NCBI GenBank assembly: GCA_038523235.1
Contig: JBCBJQ010000021.1
Location: forward strand, 1 to 64,000
Direction of reading: 5' to 3'
DNA from: Cyanobacteria bacterium J06626_4
Lineage (GTDB): Bacteria; Cyanobacteriota; Cyanobacteriia; Phormidesmidales; Phormidesmidaceae
Length of the DNA stretch: 64,000 bases
Below are positions 1-10,404 of this stretch, in pieces (the stretch's first letter is position 1; the number at the start of each line of letters is the position of its first letter). Position numbers and translations under genes: made by a program. Under the pieces are notes generated by a model. That model was not told where the DNA came from and did not search any database. It was given only the letters and a program-made list of their open reading frames with translations.

Positions 1-3
1 GAT

Positions 4-1125
4 TTGACATCTAGATTATTGGCAGGATGGAACATCAAACTGTCTTCTCATGCGATTGAACCAGAAAAATATTTAAAGGCCAATAACACTGCCACTGAAG
101 TTTATAAAACAGACATTCAAGGCCAATTCTATATCCCTTTCAATTTCAGCCATACCGATTTTGGCAGACTTATACTGATCAGCATTGATGATCATCCATC
201 CATTCACACGGTCGAGCTTGTTGTCCAAAATGATAGCAAGGGAGCATTTGTTGTGGTCTACTATCACAATGGCAAAGTAGAAAACTACACTAACCCCTAT
301 CTTTCTATCGATAAAAAATATCTGGAGCCGAATGCCAATTGGGAAATTTCAGGCGAGCAAGATTTTGAATATCTTTTTGAGAATACTCAAAATGGAATCT
401 CGTTTGCTCTTGACATGACAACCAAAAGCGAACAACGAATCAAGATTGAATTGCGAGAGAGCAATGCGGGTGCGAGAAGATATTCCTTTCTGGCCGCAAT
501 TGGTGCCGACTTAAGCGCGGTTAAGAGATTTCCGTTCCTTTACTTGAGAGAAGCCGGATTCATCCCCATAGCAGGAACTAAAGCTAGTTTTGAAATTGAC
601 GGCAAGAAAATGAGCTTGACGAAGGTGCCTATAAAGATAGAAGGGAAAAGCTGCTTCAAAATAGTCTATTCTCTTACACCTCTACCATTTTTCTGGAATG
701 AAGAACGGAATGCCGACCTCTCTCCAGAACAGGTTGCCGATACCCCAAAATATCAAAAGGATAATGTCGTCTATTCTTTTGTGGATAATGACGGGCATAA
801 AGAAATGAAAAGAATAACGTATGAAGCGAACAATCATTTGGCAAGTTACAGCTTTTCCCCTTCATTTCCCGACATTGCCTCGTTGAAAACAGGTTATGAA
901 ATAGAAGGAAGATTTTGTCTTGGGGTTGATGATATTGATGGAATTGTTTGTGGTACATACACTGTCATAAACACTGATGGAGAAATCAATATTGATTTTC
1001 AGCCTGAAAAATGTTGGCAGCCGATGCTGGGTAAAGCCTGGGTTTCAGCGTATCGATATCACGCAAAAATAACAACTGCAGCGGATGATAAGTTCGCAAT
1101 TCAATCGAAATGGATCGTTGAGTAA
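4..1125 (+). CDS. Hypothetical protein, predicted beta-rich; true start uncertain
   Basis: 373-aa ORF in visibly AT-rich DNA with no HIP1 sites seen; no family motif recognised. Confidence 0.7.
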   Translation: MTSRLLAGWNIKLSSHAIEPEKYLKANNTATEVYKTDIQGQFYIPFNFSHTDFGRLILISIDDHPSIHTVELVVQNDSKGAFVVVYYHNGKVENYTNPYLSIDKKYLEPNANWEISGEQDFEYLFENTQNGISFALDMTTKSEQRIKIELRESNAGARRYSFLAAIGADLSAVKRFPFLYLREAGFIPIAGTKASFEIDGKKMSLTKVPIKIEGKSCFKIVYSLTPLPFFWNEERNADLSPEQVADTPKYQKDNVVYSFVDNDGHKEMKRITYEANNHLASYSFSPSFPDIASLKTGYEIEGRFCLGVDDIDGIVCGTYTVINTDGEINIDFQPEKCWQPMLGKAWVSAYRYHAKITTAADDKFAIQSKWIVE

Positions 1126-1213
1126 TCATCAATATATTAAGACGATGAGCGAGCACAAGCTTGGTTGTTTAAACTCATTTAGACATTCATTGATGCGACG
1201 GAAAATATGACGT

Positions 1214-1780
1214 ATGCAGTGGTTTTATTTTCAATTAGGCTGGTTGAATTTATGGATTCTTGCCTTGATAATCTTTGCTACACCAGTTCTGTTGAACCTT
1301 CTCAGAGGCAAGAAAGGGCAAGGGGGACTGGCACGGGCTACTGTACTTCCGCGAATGTCACAAAAAGAACGAGCCGTCTACATGCTAGTGATGGCACCGC
1401 AGTTCTTGTTGCCCATTTATGCGATTTTCGTGCCGTTCACCCAAAATGCAGTTCTGTTAAGCGTAGGTTTGGGGTTGTTTGCTGTAGGGCAGATTTTCCG
1501 GCTGAAAAGTATTTGGGACTATACCACCGTACCCACTGATGAATTGATAACCCAAGGTGTATACCAGATTTCACGCAATCCTGGTTATTTTGGCGCAGCC
1601 GTGCTCTATTTGGGTATGGCAATAGCGGGTGGATCCTGGTTTGTTATGGCAGTAGCAGTCTACTGGTTCATTGGCTATCAGTGGGTTGCCTCAATTGAGG
1701 AGCGTTTCTGTGAACAACGCTGGCCAGATGTCTTTTCCGCATACAAGCGTCAGGTAGCGAAGAATTTCTTGTTTTTCTAG
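1214..1780 (+). CDS. Isoprenylcysteine carboxyl methyltransferase / PEMT-family membrane methyltransferase
   Basis: Multiple TM segments; LITQGVYQISRNPGYFG and C-terminal IEERF...YKRQV motifs typical of the ICMT/PEMT family. Confidence 0.85.
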   Translation: MQWFYFQLGWLNLWILALIIFATPVLLNLLRGKKGQGGLARATVLPRMSQKERAVYMLVMAPQFLLPIYAIFVPFTQNAVLLSVGLGLFAVGQIFRLKSIWDYTTVPTDELITQGVYQISRNPGYFGAAVLYLGMAIAGGSWFVMAVAVYWFIGYQWVASIEERFCEQRWPDVFSAYKRQVAKNFLFF

Positions 1781-1861
1781 CACAGTTGACAGTGAGCTAG
1801 CACATTGAGACACAATACGAGATAGCAGTTGAGTTTGATTGACGCTTGTGAAGGTGTGGCA

Positions 1862-1949
1862 CGCTAACAAGCATTTGCAACCGAGTTTCTGGGTGAAAGT
1901 GAAGTGCCAGTTGAACAGCCCTGAGACCGCCTGAACACCCAGATTAGCG
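1862..1949 (+). other. Degenerate attC-like imperfect hairpin at the end of the AT-rich island
   Basis: CGCTAAC (1862-1868) vs ATTAGCG (1943-1949; one mismatch from GTTAGCG); TTGCA/TGAA inner pair with an unpaired G; further pairing CGAGTTTCTGGG/CCCTGAGACCG. Confidence 0.35.
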
Positions 1950-3089
1950 GCTAGGCAACTGCACCACATCTAAGCGAGAGGTCATCAGTCGATCCATCCA
2001 ATAAGCGAGAAAAGCTTGGTTCGCGGCCTGTTCTTGGGGCTCAGTTGTGTCGGGGGCATGGGGTAGCAGCCCCTGTAGCGCCGCTGACGTCACGCAAAAC
2101 ATCGATTTTTGAAAACTTTGGGTAATCTGCACGCGCACGTCTTCATCACCGCGCAGACTCTGGCGATAATAGTCAGCCAAATAGCTGGGCAAGAAATGCC
2201 GCATGTCTTGCATCAGCAGGGTGGGGGGAATGCCGCCGCCGCCCACGGGCACCGGGTCGGCATAGAGCGCTCCGTAGGCAAATCGCGACTGTTCGGATGA
2301 AATCTGCTGGGCTTGGGCGTTGTAAGAAACGGTACCTAAAAAGGGCGTGCCGCGAAAGAACACTGCTTCCACATAGGGGACAGCGGTATCCATTAGAAAC
2401 GTCAACCCGACCGATTCCGGGAGCAGGTCGAACAGGCGATCGCCGATCATGACACGGTAGGTGATCGGCTGGCTAGCGGCGGCCACCAGACCGGCCTTGA
2501 TATGGGCGACCACCTCGGGAATGGACTGGACCTGCCCTTGATCGTAGCGATCAGACAGCGTCAAAAACATCTCACTCATGACCGTCCAAAACTGGCCGAG
2601 GGCGCTGTAATAGGCCGACTGGCGCACCTGCTCTGGCAAAAAGTCGGGAAAGAGACGATGCAGCCCCCGCAGCAGTAGGTTGTTGCCCAGTTTGGCTTGA
2701 ATGGCTGCCTCACAGCGCTGCTGAAACTCCGGACTGTCGAGATACGTATCTAAACCGCCACCGCCGTGCCAGAGCATGGCGCGCATGCAGTATTCGGCAT
2801 ATTCGTAGTTGATGCGATCGTGCCACCAGTGCTTTAACAGCTTGGGCAGCGTTACCTCCCCGTTGCAATATTTGAAGAAGGGAAACAGCAACAAAAATTG
2901 ATGATCGGCGATGTAGATCAGATTTTGCGCATAGGCGTCTAAGACCACCCCGTAGCTTTTGAGAATGCCGACCACCTCCATCAGGTTGGTGGCATTGTCG
3001 GGCAGCAGAGCTTCCGATCGCAGCAGCTTCTCGATGAAGGGCTGCAAGGGATGCTCGGCAGTTGCTTTGGGCGAAAGGGTGTTAGTCAT
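1944..3089 (-). CDS. cupB: CO2 hydration protein CupB (ChpX) of NDH-1(4)
   Basis: HDRINYEYAEYC, FFRGTPFLGTVSYNAQA, GIPPTLLMQDMRH motifs; short CupB-type length (381 aa); follows ndhF4/ndhD4. Confidence 0.93.
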   Translation of the reverse strand: MTNTLSPKATAEHPLQPFIEKLLRSEALLPDNATNLMEVVGILKSYGVVLDAYAQNLIYIADHQFLLLFPFFKYCNGEVTLPKLLKHWWHDRINYEYAEYCMRAMLWHGGGGLDTYLDSPEFQQRCEAAIQAKLGNNLLLRGLHRLFPDFLPEQVRQSAYYSALGQFWTVMSEMFLTLSDRYDQGQVQSIPEVVAHIKAGLVAAASQPITYRVMIGDRLFDLLPESVGLTFLMDTAVPYVEAVFFRGTPFLGTVSYNAQAQQISSEQSRFAYGALYADPVPVGGGGIPPTLLMQDMRHFLPSYLADYYRQSLRGDEDVRVQITQSFQKSMFCVTSAALQGLLPHAPDTTEPQEQAANQAFLAYWMDRLMTSRLDVVQLPSR

Positions 3090-4632
3090 AGCGCACAGTC
3101 AACCGAGGAGAAAATTCAGACGATACTGGGGTCAGCCGCTGCGCCACCTCGACCGCTGGCGCTCGCATGGCAAAGGTGGTGACTTCGCTCCAGCGAGACA
3201 GCCAGTGGGGCTGGAGCCCCAGGGCAAAGATGATCAGCACTAAAACCAAGGCGGGCCAGCGATCGCGCCCGGCTACTGGGGGTAACAGCACATCGGGCTC
3301 GGTCTGGTCGCTGGGGGGCGTAATGGCCAACCGGCCAAAAAACACGCGATTGACCAACAGCAGAAAGTAAACTGCCGTCAGCCCCGACCCCACCATGCAC
3401 AGCAGCGTTTGCTGGGGAAACGTGAGGAAGCTGCCGCGAAACACCACAAACTCCGAGATAAAGCCGATCATGCCGGGAATCCCGGCGCTGGCCATGACGC
3501 CCAAAATCATCAGGCTGCCGACAATGGGCAACCCTCGCTCAAAGTTCAACAGGCCGCGCAGCACCGTCAGATCGCGCGTGCCAGTTTTGGCGTAGACCAC
3601 CCCCACCAGCAAAAACAGCAGGCCCGAAATCAGGCCGTGGCTGACCATCTGCATAATGGTGCCGAGGATGGCGATGGGCGTAGCTGCCGCCGCCGCTAAC
3701 AGCACATAGCCCATGTGGCCGATCGAGCTGTAGGCCACCATTTTTTTCATATCCGTCTGGGCGATCGCGGCCAATGAACCATACAGCACGCTCACCACGG
3801 CCCAGCTCGCTAACCAGGGGGCAAACTGCTGCCACGCGTCGGGCAGCAGCTGCAGGCCAAAGCGCACGAGGCCATAGGTGCCCAGCTTGAGCAATACCCC
3901 TGCCAACAGCACCGATACCGGCGTCGAGGCCTCAACGTGGGCGTCAGGCAACCAGGTATGGAAGGGAAACAGCGGGATCTTAATGCCAAAGCCGATCAAA
4001 ATCGCTACCAGCAAAATACTTTGCTGCAGCAGCGTCATTGATTGCGCCAGGGCCGGATCGTAGTTGAAGTTGCCGGAGCCGCCGAGCCAGACAAACCCCA
4101 AAAAGCCGCCCAAAATCAGCGCGCCCGAAACCGCCGTGTAGATCAAAAACTTAGTGGCCGCGTAGCCGCGCCGCGCGCCGCCCCAAATCGCGATCAGCAG
4201 GTAAAGGGGAATCAGCTCTAGCTCATAAAAGATGAAGAACAGCAGCAGATTTTGCGACAAAAAGGCCCCGGCCACCGCCGCATTAATCAACAGCACCAGA
4301 CTGAAATAAAGGCGAGGTCGCTGCATCTGGTCAGTGCTAGCGTAAACCGCAATCACCCCCAACAGACTGTTGATCAGCAGCAGCGGCATTGACAGGCCAT
4401 CGACCCCCAGCTGATAGGTTAACCCTAGCGTCTCAATCCACGGTAACGACTCGATAAACTGCAGCCCCGGCTGCTGAATATCAAACTGCGTGGCCACGAC
4501 CCCCGCCCACAGCAAAGACAGGGCCTGCAGCCCTAGAGTCACCTGCCAGATTTGGCGGCCCGGCCCCCGCTGCGGCCACAGGCCCACAACCAAGGCCCCC
4601 AAAAGCGGAATGAAGATCAGCGCACTTAGCAT
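3082..4632 (-). CDS. ndhD4: NAD(P)H-quinone oxidoreductase subunit D4 (NuoM-like)
   Basis: FFIFYELELIP, KIPLFPFHTWLPDAHVEA, LLKLGTYG motifs; operon position. Confidence 0.92.
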   Translation of the reverse strand: MLSALIFIPLLGALVVGLWPQRGPGRQIWQVTLGLQALSLLWAGVVATQFDIQQPGLQFIESLPWIETLGLTYQLGVDGLSMPLLLINSLLGVIAVYASTDQMQRPRLYFSLVLLINAAVAGAFLSQNLLLFFIFYELELIPLYLLIAIWGGARRGYAATKFLIYTAVSGALILGGFLGFVWLGGSGNFNYDPALAQSMTLLQQSILLVAILIGFGIKIPLFPFHTWLPDAHVEASTPVSVLLAGVLLKLGTYGLVRFGLQLLPDAWQQFAPWLASWAVVSVLYGSLAAIAQTDMKKMVAYSSIGHMGYVLLAAAAATPIAILGTIMQMVSHGLISGLLFLLVGVVYAKTGTRDLTVLRGLLNFERGLPIVGSLMILGVMASAGIPGMIGFISEFVVFRGSFLTFPQQTLLCMVGSGLTAVYFLLLVNRVFFGRLAITPPSDQTEPDVLLPPVAGRDRWPALVLVLIIFALGLQPHWLSRWSEVTTFAMRAPAVEVAQRLTPVSSEFSPRLTVRYD

Positions 4633-4641
4633 CCTATCGCC

Positions 4642-6477
4642 CTACCACATCGTCCAAGTCATGAGCAGTCCCAACAGGCCGACGCCCACCAAAATGGTCA
4701 GCAGATAGCCTTGAGAGCGCCCCGAAATGCTGTATTTCAGACTTTCCCCGCCGATCAGAGAGGCGAGCCCAATACTGTTCACCAGGCCATCTACGATGTA
4801 GCGATCAAACCAGTTGCTGGCTAAGGAAAGCTGCGCTACCACCCAGACCACGGTAAAGCGATATAGCTTCTCGGTGTAAAAGTCGTAGGCCAGTAAGTCT
4901 TGCAAGATACGGAAAGGCTTGCGCGTCGATCGCGCCAGCGTCTTACTGAGGGGAATGCTGGCCCCAATGCTCACCCCGATCGCCCCCGAAGTGATTAGTA
5001 AGAGCAACTCCGTCAGATTGACGTAGGCCAGCGGGGGCAACAGCAACAGTCGCTGCATCACCAGCGGCACCGCTAACGTCACGATGGTTAACGTCACCAT
5101 GGGTAAGGCCATAGGCCAGATGACCTCGGGGGCGCGCCGCGTCTTCGGCTGTGTCGTCCCCATAAATATCAGGCGGAAGATCCGCGTCAGATTCAACGCC
5201 GTCAGCAAGTTCACCAGCAAAAAGACCACGACCAACGCTGGGCGATCGCCCCACAAAAAGTCGATGCCCAGGCGATAGCCCCAAAAGCCACCCAGCGGCA
5301 ATAGCCCGACCAAGCCCAAGCCCCCGACGACAAAAGCGACTGTGGTGGCGGGCATTTTGCGGCCCAAGCCCCCCATTTCCGTCAGGTCTTGGCAGTTCGT
5401 CGTGACAATGACCGCGCCCGCACTCATAAACAACAGCGCCTTGGCGATCGCGTGGGTGAGCAAAATCATTAGCGCCACTCCCGGCCATTCGGTACCCACC
5501 GCAATAAACACTAGGCCCAAATAAGCACTGGTGGAATAGGACAGCGTCCGCTTAATGTCGATTTGGGCGATCGCCACCAGGGAGGCGCCGACGGCAGTCA
5601 CCGTCCCCACCGCAACCAACAGCGTCAGGGCGGTGGGGGAGAGCACTACGATGGGCTGCAGGCGAATCAGCACATAAGCGCCGCAGGTTACCACCACGGA
5701 ATTCCGCAAAATCGACGCCGGATTCGGCCCCTCCATGGCTTCATCGAGCCAGAGGTGCAGCGGAAACTGGGCACACTTACCGGTGGGGCCAGCAATGAGC
5801 GCGATCGCCAGCAGCGTGGCCACTGTCGGGGTGAGATTTGCCACCTTGACCCATTCGTAGAGGTCGTTGAAGTGCAGACTCCCGGCAAACGCTGACAGGG
5901 CAATCACCCCCATCAGCAGCAGCACATCGCCAATGCGCTTGGTCAAAAAGGCGTCGCGAGCAGCGGTCACGACCAACGGTTGCGCATACCAGAACCCCAC
6001 CAGCAGGTAGGTGGACAGCGTCAGCATCTCCAGCAGCGAGTAGGAGACAAACAGCGAACTGCTGAGAATGACGCCGCTCATCGCCGCTTCAAAAAAGCCC
6101 ATCAGCCCAAAAAAGCGGCCCAAGGCCCAGTCTTTTTCCATATAGCCGAGGGCAAACAGCTGCGCCAGCAGACTGAGGCCGGTTACCAGTTCCACAATGC
6201 CTAAACTCAGCACCGACAGCTCCAGGGAAATGTGCAGTTGGAGATCGGCAATTTGAAACCAGTCCCACGTGAGTTCGCGCGGCCCGTGCCCCCAAATCCC
6301 CTCAAACGCCAGCGTGCCGTGGATTAGGGCGAGTAGCGTCATCAAAATATTGATGTAAGCGGCCGGTCGCTGCCCGGTGCGGCGAATCAGCCCAGCCGCC
6401 CACGGCAGAGTCGCGATCGCGCCGATTAATCCGTAAGCCGGAATCAACCAGCCTGTCTGCACCAAAAACTCTGCCAT
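4642..6477 (-). CDS. ndhF4: NAD(P)H-quinone oxidoreductase subunit F4 (NuoL-like)
   Basis: GKCAQFPLHLWLDEAMEGP motif; precedes ndhD4-cupB and is divergent from ccmK. Confidence 0.92.
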   Translation of the reverse strand: MAEFLVQTGWLIPAYGLIGAIATLPWAAGLIRRTGQRPAAYINILMTLLALIHGTLAFEGIWGHGPRELTWDWFQIADLQLHISLELSVLSLGIVELVTGLSLLAQLFALGYMEKDWALGRFFGLMGFFEAAMSGVILSSSLFVSYSLLEMLTLSTYLLVGFWYAQPLVVTAARDAFLTKRIGDVLLLMGVIALSAFAGSLHFNDLYEWVKVANLTPTVATLLAIALIAGPTGKCAQFPLHLWLDEAMEGPNPASILRNSVVVTCGAYVLIRLQPIVVLSPTALTLLVAVGTVTAVGASLVAIAQIDIKRTLSYSTSAYLGLVFIAVGTEWPGVALMILLTHAIAKALLFMSAGAVIVTTNCQDLTEMGGLGRKMPATTVAFVVGGLGLVGLLPLGGFWGYRLGIDFLWGDRPALVVVFLLVNLLTALNLTRIFRLIFMGTTQPKTRRAPEVIWPMALPMVTLTIVTLAVPLVMQRLLLLPPLAYVNLTELLLLITSGAIGVSIGASIPLSKTLARSTRKPFRILQDLLAYDFYTEKLYRFTVVWVVAQLSLASNWFDRYIVDGLVNSIGLASLIGGESLKYSISGRSQGYLLTILVGVGLLGLLMTWTMW

Positions 6478-6912
6478 TGATCCTAAAGCGATAGGCCAGA
6501 TTGATGATCACCAGCCTGCGAATCCCCCCCCAAGCCGCAGACTGCCATCACCCGCCAGCAAAAAACGAAACCCGAATCAGCGTCCCGCCGCCGACCCCAG
6601 CACTCTCCTTATCCCCGCCACCGCACCGGGATCACCTCAGTTGTTGATTCCAGTGCGGTAACGGTCTGAGTCGCCAGCCGCCCCCCAATTGAGACTAGCG
6701 TTGCTGGCGCATTCATCGATTCCGTTCATCATACCGGAATTTCAATTTCACCGAAACAGCCGCCCATCAATCGTTTCCACGATGCTCTCGAAACCGAAAC
6801 GAGGGCATTTTGCCGTGAACTTTCACAAAGAAATCTCTCGATTCCGCAACATTTTCATGGACGGCACTCTCGAATTTTTCACAACAGGCAACGAAACAAG
6901 TCGGCTTGTTTC

Positions 6913-6927
6913 ATTAGCTGCATTAAT
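6913..6927. promoter_or_regulatory. RbcR (LysR-type) binding motif in the ndhF4/ccmK2 divergent promoter
   Basis: ATTAG-CTGCA-TTAAT matches the ATTA(G/A)-N5-(C/T)TAAT consensus described for cyanobacterial RbcR, about 200 bp upstream of ccmK2. Confidence 0.6.
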
Positions 6928-7133
6928 ATTTCATATTAAAGACAATCATCGAGGCTTATATTGCCAAGGGTGCACCGGACTCATATCCTGAGTATTACAT
7001 GGAGTTTGAGTGGGCCATTTCCGTGCCTTTTTTAGCAAGGCAGCAATTCTTAACGGTTTGCCTCAGGGTAAGCAATCGCAAGGTTTTCTGCGGCGCTAGT
7101 GGCTCACGGCATCTTAGAGGGAGATAACGATAA

Positions 7134-7442
7134 ATGCCTATTGCAGTTGGAATGATTGAAACGAAGGGTTTCCCTGCTGTTGTAGAAGCGGCTGACGCAA
7201 TGGTGAAGGCGGCTCGGGTGACGCTGGTCGGTTACGAGAAGATCGGGAGTGGTCGCGTGACGGTCATTGTGCGGGGCGATGTGTCGGAAGTGCAGGCCTC
7301 GGTTTCGGCGGGCATTGAGTCTGCCAAGCGCGTCAATGGTGGCGAGGTGTTGTCGACGCATATCATTGCTCGTCCCCACGAAAACCTGGAATTTGTTTTA
7401 CCCATTCGCTACACCGAAGCGGTCGAACAGTTCCGGACTTAG
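7134..7442 (+). CDS. ccmK2: Carboxysome shell hexamer protein CcmK2
   Basis: [29 protein letters not shown] domain; 102-aa short form. Confidence 0.95.
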   Translation: MPIAVGMIETKGFPAVVEAADAMVKAARVTLVGYEKIGSGRVTVIVRGDVSEVQASVSAGIESAKRVNGGEVLSTHIIARPHENLEFVLPIRYTEAVEQFRT

Positions 7443-7607
7443 GGCCGCATTTTCTCAAGCAATCAGTTCATGACGAGGCGATGGCCCGGTCAGGGGTCTG
7501 CAGCGGCAGGCCGGGGTTGAGCCATGCGTGCAGCCGCAATGCTCCTTTGGGTTTGCGGGCTCGCGTCGTCTCGTCAGGGTTTCCAAAATAGATAAGGAGT
7601 TAAGGAT

Positions 7608-7946
7608 ATGGCGATCGCAGTTGGTATGATCGAAACCCTCGGGTTTCCGGCAGTGGTAGAAGCGGCTGACGCAATGGTAAAAGCCGCGCGAGTGACCCTG
7701 GTGGGCTACGAGAAAATTGGGAGTGGTCGGGTCACGGTCATCGTGCGCGGCGATGTGTCAGAAGTTCAAGCATCAGTTTCGGCTGGGGTTGAGAATGTCA
7801 AGCGGGTGAACGGCGGCCAGGTGCTGTCGACGCACATCATTGCTCGCCCCCACGAAAACCTCGAATTTGTGCTGCCGATTCGCTACACCGAGGCGGTCGA
7901 GCAATTCCGTGAGAGCGTCAGTGGCATTCGCCCTTACGGTCGTTAG
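7608..7946 (+). CDS. ccmK1: Carboxysome shell hexamer protein CcmK1
   Basis: BMC-H domain with the C-terminal extension [19 protein letters not shown]. Confidence 0.93.
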   Translation: MAIAVGMIETLGFPAVVEAADAMVKAARVTLVGYEKIGSGRVTVIVRGDVSEVQASVSAGVENVKRVNGGQVLSTHIIARPHENLEFVLPIRYTEAVEQFRESVSGIRPYGR

Positions 7947-7959
7947 GTCATTACTGTTT

Positions 7960-8265
7960 ATGCTTCTGGCTAAAGTTCGGGGCACGGTGGTGAGCACCTG
8001 CAAAGAGCCCAGCCTGAGCGGCGTCAAGTTTTTGTTGGTGCAGCTCATCAGTGATACCGGCGAGCCGCTGCCTGACTATGAAGTGGCGGCTGATGTGGTC
8101 GGGGCGGGGCCCGATGAATGGGTGCTCATTGCCCGTGGTAGTGGAGCGCGCCAACATCAGGGCTACCACGATCGCCCCGTAGACGCGACGGTGATTGCCA
8201 TTGTTGACACGGTGTCTCTGAGCTCTGGCACGCTTTATAGCAAGCGTGATGCTGACTACGTCTGA
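7960..8265 (+). CDS. ccmL: Carboxysome vertex pentamer CcmL
   Basis: MLLAKVRGTVVSTCKEPSLSGVKFLLVQ (EutN/CcmL family); start set at ATG 7960. Confidence 0.93.
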   Translation: MLLAKVRGTVVSTCKEPSLSGVKFLLVQLISDTGEPLPDYEVAADVVGAGPDEWVLIARGSGARQHQGYHDRPVDATVIAIVDTVSLSSGTLYSKRDADYV

Positions 8266-8377
8266 GTTCGCTTGAGCGGGCAGAACGGTGCTCACGGACG
8301 GTTTTCTCACGCCCAGGTGCGCGTGGTCAGCGGGCGGTAAGACAGCCGCCGATAGTTGAACGGAGGTAGCGGGTTCT

Positions 8378-10390
8378 ATGTTGACCCAAAATACAGCAGC
8401 TCCGCCCACCCCCTGGTCACAGGATTTGGCTAGACCGGCGGTGGCAGCTTCAGCGGTTGTCCATTCCTTTTCGCAGTTGATTGGGGATGTGCGGGTCGCT
8501 GACAATGTGCTGATCGCGCCGGGCTCTTCGATTCGGGCCGATGAGGGCTCCCCTTTTGCCATCGGGGCCGGGACGGCCATCCAAGATGGGGTGGTAGTTC
8601 ACGGGTTAGAAGCGGGCCGGGTCTTGGGCGATGATGACCAGCCCTACTCAGTCTGGATTGGTAAAAACGTCTGCATCACCCATAAGTCAATTGTTCACGG
8701 CCCGGCCTTTATCGGTGACGGGGCCTTTGTCGGTTTTCGCTCCACCATTTTTAATGCTCGGTTGGGGGCCGGGTGTCTGGTCATGATGCACGCCCTCGTT
8801 CAGGATGTGGAGATTCCCCCCGGTAAATTTGTCCCCTCGGGGGCTGTGATTACTCAGCAAGCCCAGGCTGATCAACTAGCGGATGCGCGCCCCCAAGATC
8901 TTGCCTTTGTTTCAGAACTGATCAGTGCGAATCAGGCGCTCCGGGCGGGCTATGCCTGCGCTGCCAACGATGCCTGTATTCGCGATGTCACCGCCGATCG
9001 CGATCGGGCCCCGCTCACCTCTCTCGCTCAAGACAACGGAATTAAGACCATGCAATCTCAAAGACTGACCGCTGATATCGTTCATCAAGTCCGGCAGCTG
9101 CTCAACCAGGGCTATCGCATCGGCACTGAACATGCCGACCAGCGCCGCTACCGCAGCAATGTGTGGCAAACCTGCACGCCCATTGCATCGACTCGCGAAG
9201 GCGATGTCTTCGCAGGGTTAGAAGCCTGTTTGGCCGAGCATGCTAATGAGTATGTGCGGATGTTTGGCATCGATCCGATCGCCAAGCGCCGGGTGGCCCC
9301 CGTGACCATTCAGCGCCCTGACGGTAGAGCGGTAGAGGTGCGCCCCCACGCGGTGCCCCAGGCGGGTAACGGTCATCGCCCCGCGAGCAGCAACGGCGGC
9401 AGCTATAGTGGCGGCACCGATGCCGGGCTAGTGCAGCAGGTGCGCAACATGCTGAGCCAGGGGTATCACATTGGGCTTGAGCATGCCGATGCCCGCCGCT
9501 TTAAAAGCAACGTTTGGCACAGCTGCTCACCCGTGCATTCCAGCAATGAGCGAGAGGTCATGGCGGCCCTGCAGGCTTGTATGAGTGAGCATCAGGGCGA
9601 ATACGTGCGGATGTTTGGCATTGACCCCGTCGCTAAGCGACGCATTGCTCCCACAACCATTCAACGCCCCGATGGTCAGGCGTCGATCAGTGTCTCATCA
9701 ACGGGGAGTGCGACTTCGACCGCCAACCACAACGGCTCGCCCAGTTATGCCGGCGCTGCCGGTCAGGTGTCTGGCAACTTGGCCCAACAGGTGCGAGGGC
9801 TGCTCAGCCAAGGCTACCGCATCGGCACTGAACATGCCGATACTCGCCGGTTTAAAAGCAACGTTTGGCAAACCTGCTCGCCGATTACCTCAACTCGCGA
9901 AGCAGAGGTGTTGTCGGCCCTTAACGGCTGCATTCAAGAACATGCAGGCGAGTATGTGCGGATGTTTGGCATCGACCCGGTGGCGAAACAACGGCTGGCC
10001 CCGACGACTATTCATCGTCCTGGCGATGTGAGCGGTCACCAGGATATGTCAGCCGCTGCCACCGGTGCCCCTCAGGCCGGAATGAATGCCCCAAGATATG
10101 CCCCCAGCACGAGCAACGGTCACGGGCAGCGCTTGGCTGACGAGGTGGTGCAGCAAGTGCGACAACTCGTGGGGCAAGGCTATCGCATCAGTCTGGAACA
10201 TGCCGATGTACGGCGCTATCGCAGTGGGGCTTGGCAAAACGGCGGCGTTTTAGAGGGGCATAATCCATCAGCCGTGCTGTCGGCGTTAGAGGCGAGTTTG
10301 GCCTCGCACTCTGGCCAGTATGTCCGCCTCATTGGCGTTGACACTCAGGCGAAGCGCCGGGTGCTAGAAACGACTATCCAGCGTCCCTAA
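8378..10390 (+). CDS. ccmM: Carboxysome scaffold CcmM (gamma-carbonic anhydrase domain plus 4 RbcS-like SSUL modules)
   Basis: N-terminal hexapeptide-repeat gamma-CA domain ([20 protein letters not shown]); four GYxIxxEHADxRR...TIxRP modules. Confidence 0.96.
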   Translation: MLTQNTAAPPTPWSQDLARPAVAASAVVHSFSQLIGDVRVADNVLIAPGSSIRADEGSPFAIGAGTAIQDGVVVHGLEAGRVLGDDDQPYSVWIGKNVCITHKSIVHGPAFIGDGAFVGFRSTIFNARLGAGCLVMMHALVQDVEIPPGKFVPSGAVITQQAQADQLADARPQDLAFVSELISANQALRAGYACAANDACIRDVTADRDRAPLTSLAQDNGIKTMQSQRLTADIVHQVRQLLNQGYRIGTEHADQRRYRSNVWQTCTPIASTREGDVFAGLEACLAEHANEYVRMFGIDPIAKRRVAPVTIQRPDGRAVEVRPHAVPQAGNGHRPASSNGGSYSGGTDAGLVQQVRNMLSQGYHIGLEHADARRFKSNVWHSCSPVHSSNEREVMAALQACMSEHQGEYVRMFGIDPVAKRRIAPTTIQRPDGQASISVSSTGSATSTANHNGSPSYAGAAGQVSGNLAQQVRGLLSQGYRIGTEHADTRRFKSNVWQTCSPITSTREAEVLSALNGCIQEHAGEYVRMFGIDPVAKQRLAPTTIHRPGDVSGHQDMSAAATGAPQAGMNAPRYAPSTSNGHGQRLADEVVQQVRQLVGQGYRISLEHADVRRYRSGAWQNGGVLEGHNPSAVLSALEASLASHSGQYVRLIGVDTQAKRRVLETTIQRP

Positions 10391-10404
10391 TTGCTCTCGC
10401 TATT

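Noticed and set aside
1944..6477. ndhF3-ndhD3-cupA (inducible CO2 uptake)
   Set aside because: The Cup protein has the shorter CupB length, no cupS follows, and linkage to ccmK is typical of the F4/D4/CupB set
7840..7959. N-terminal extension of CcmL in the ORF track
   Set aside because: It overlaps ccmK1 in another frame; CcmL homology starts at ATG 7960
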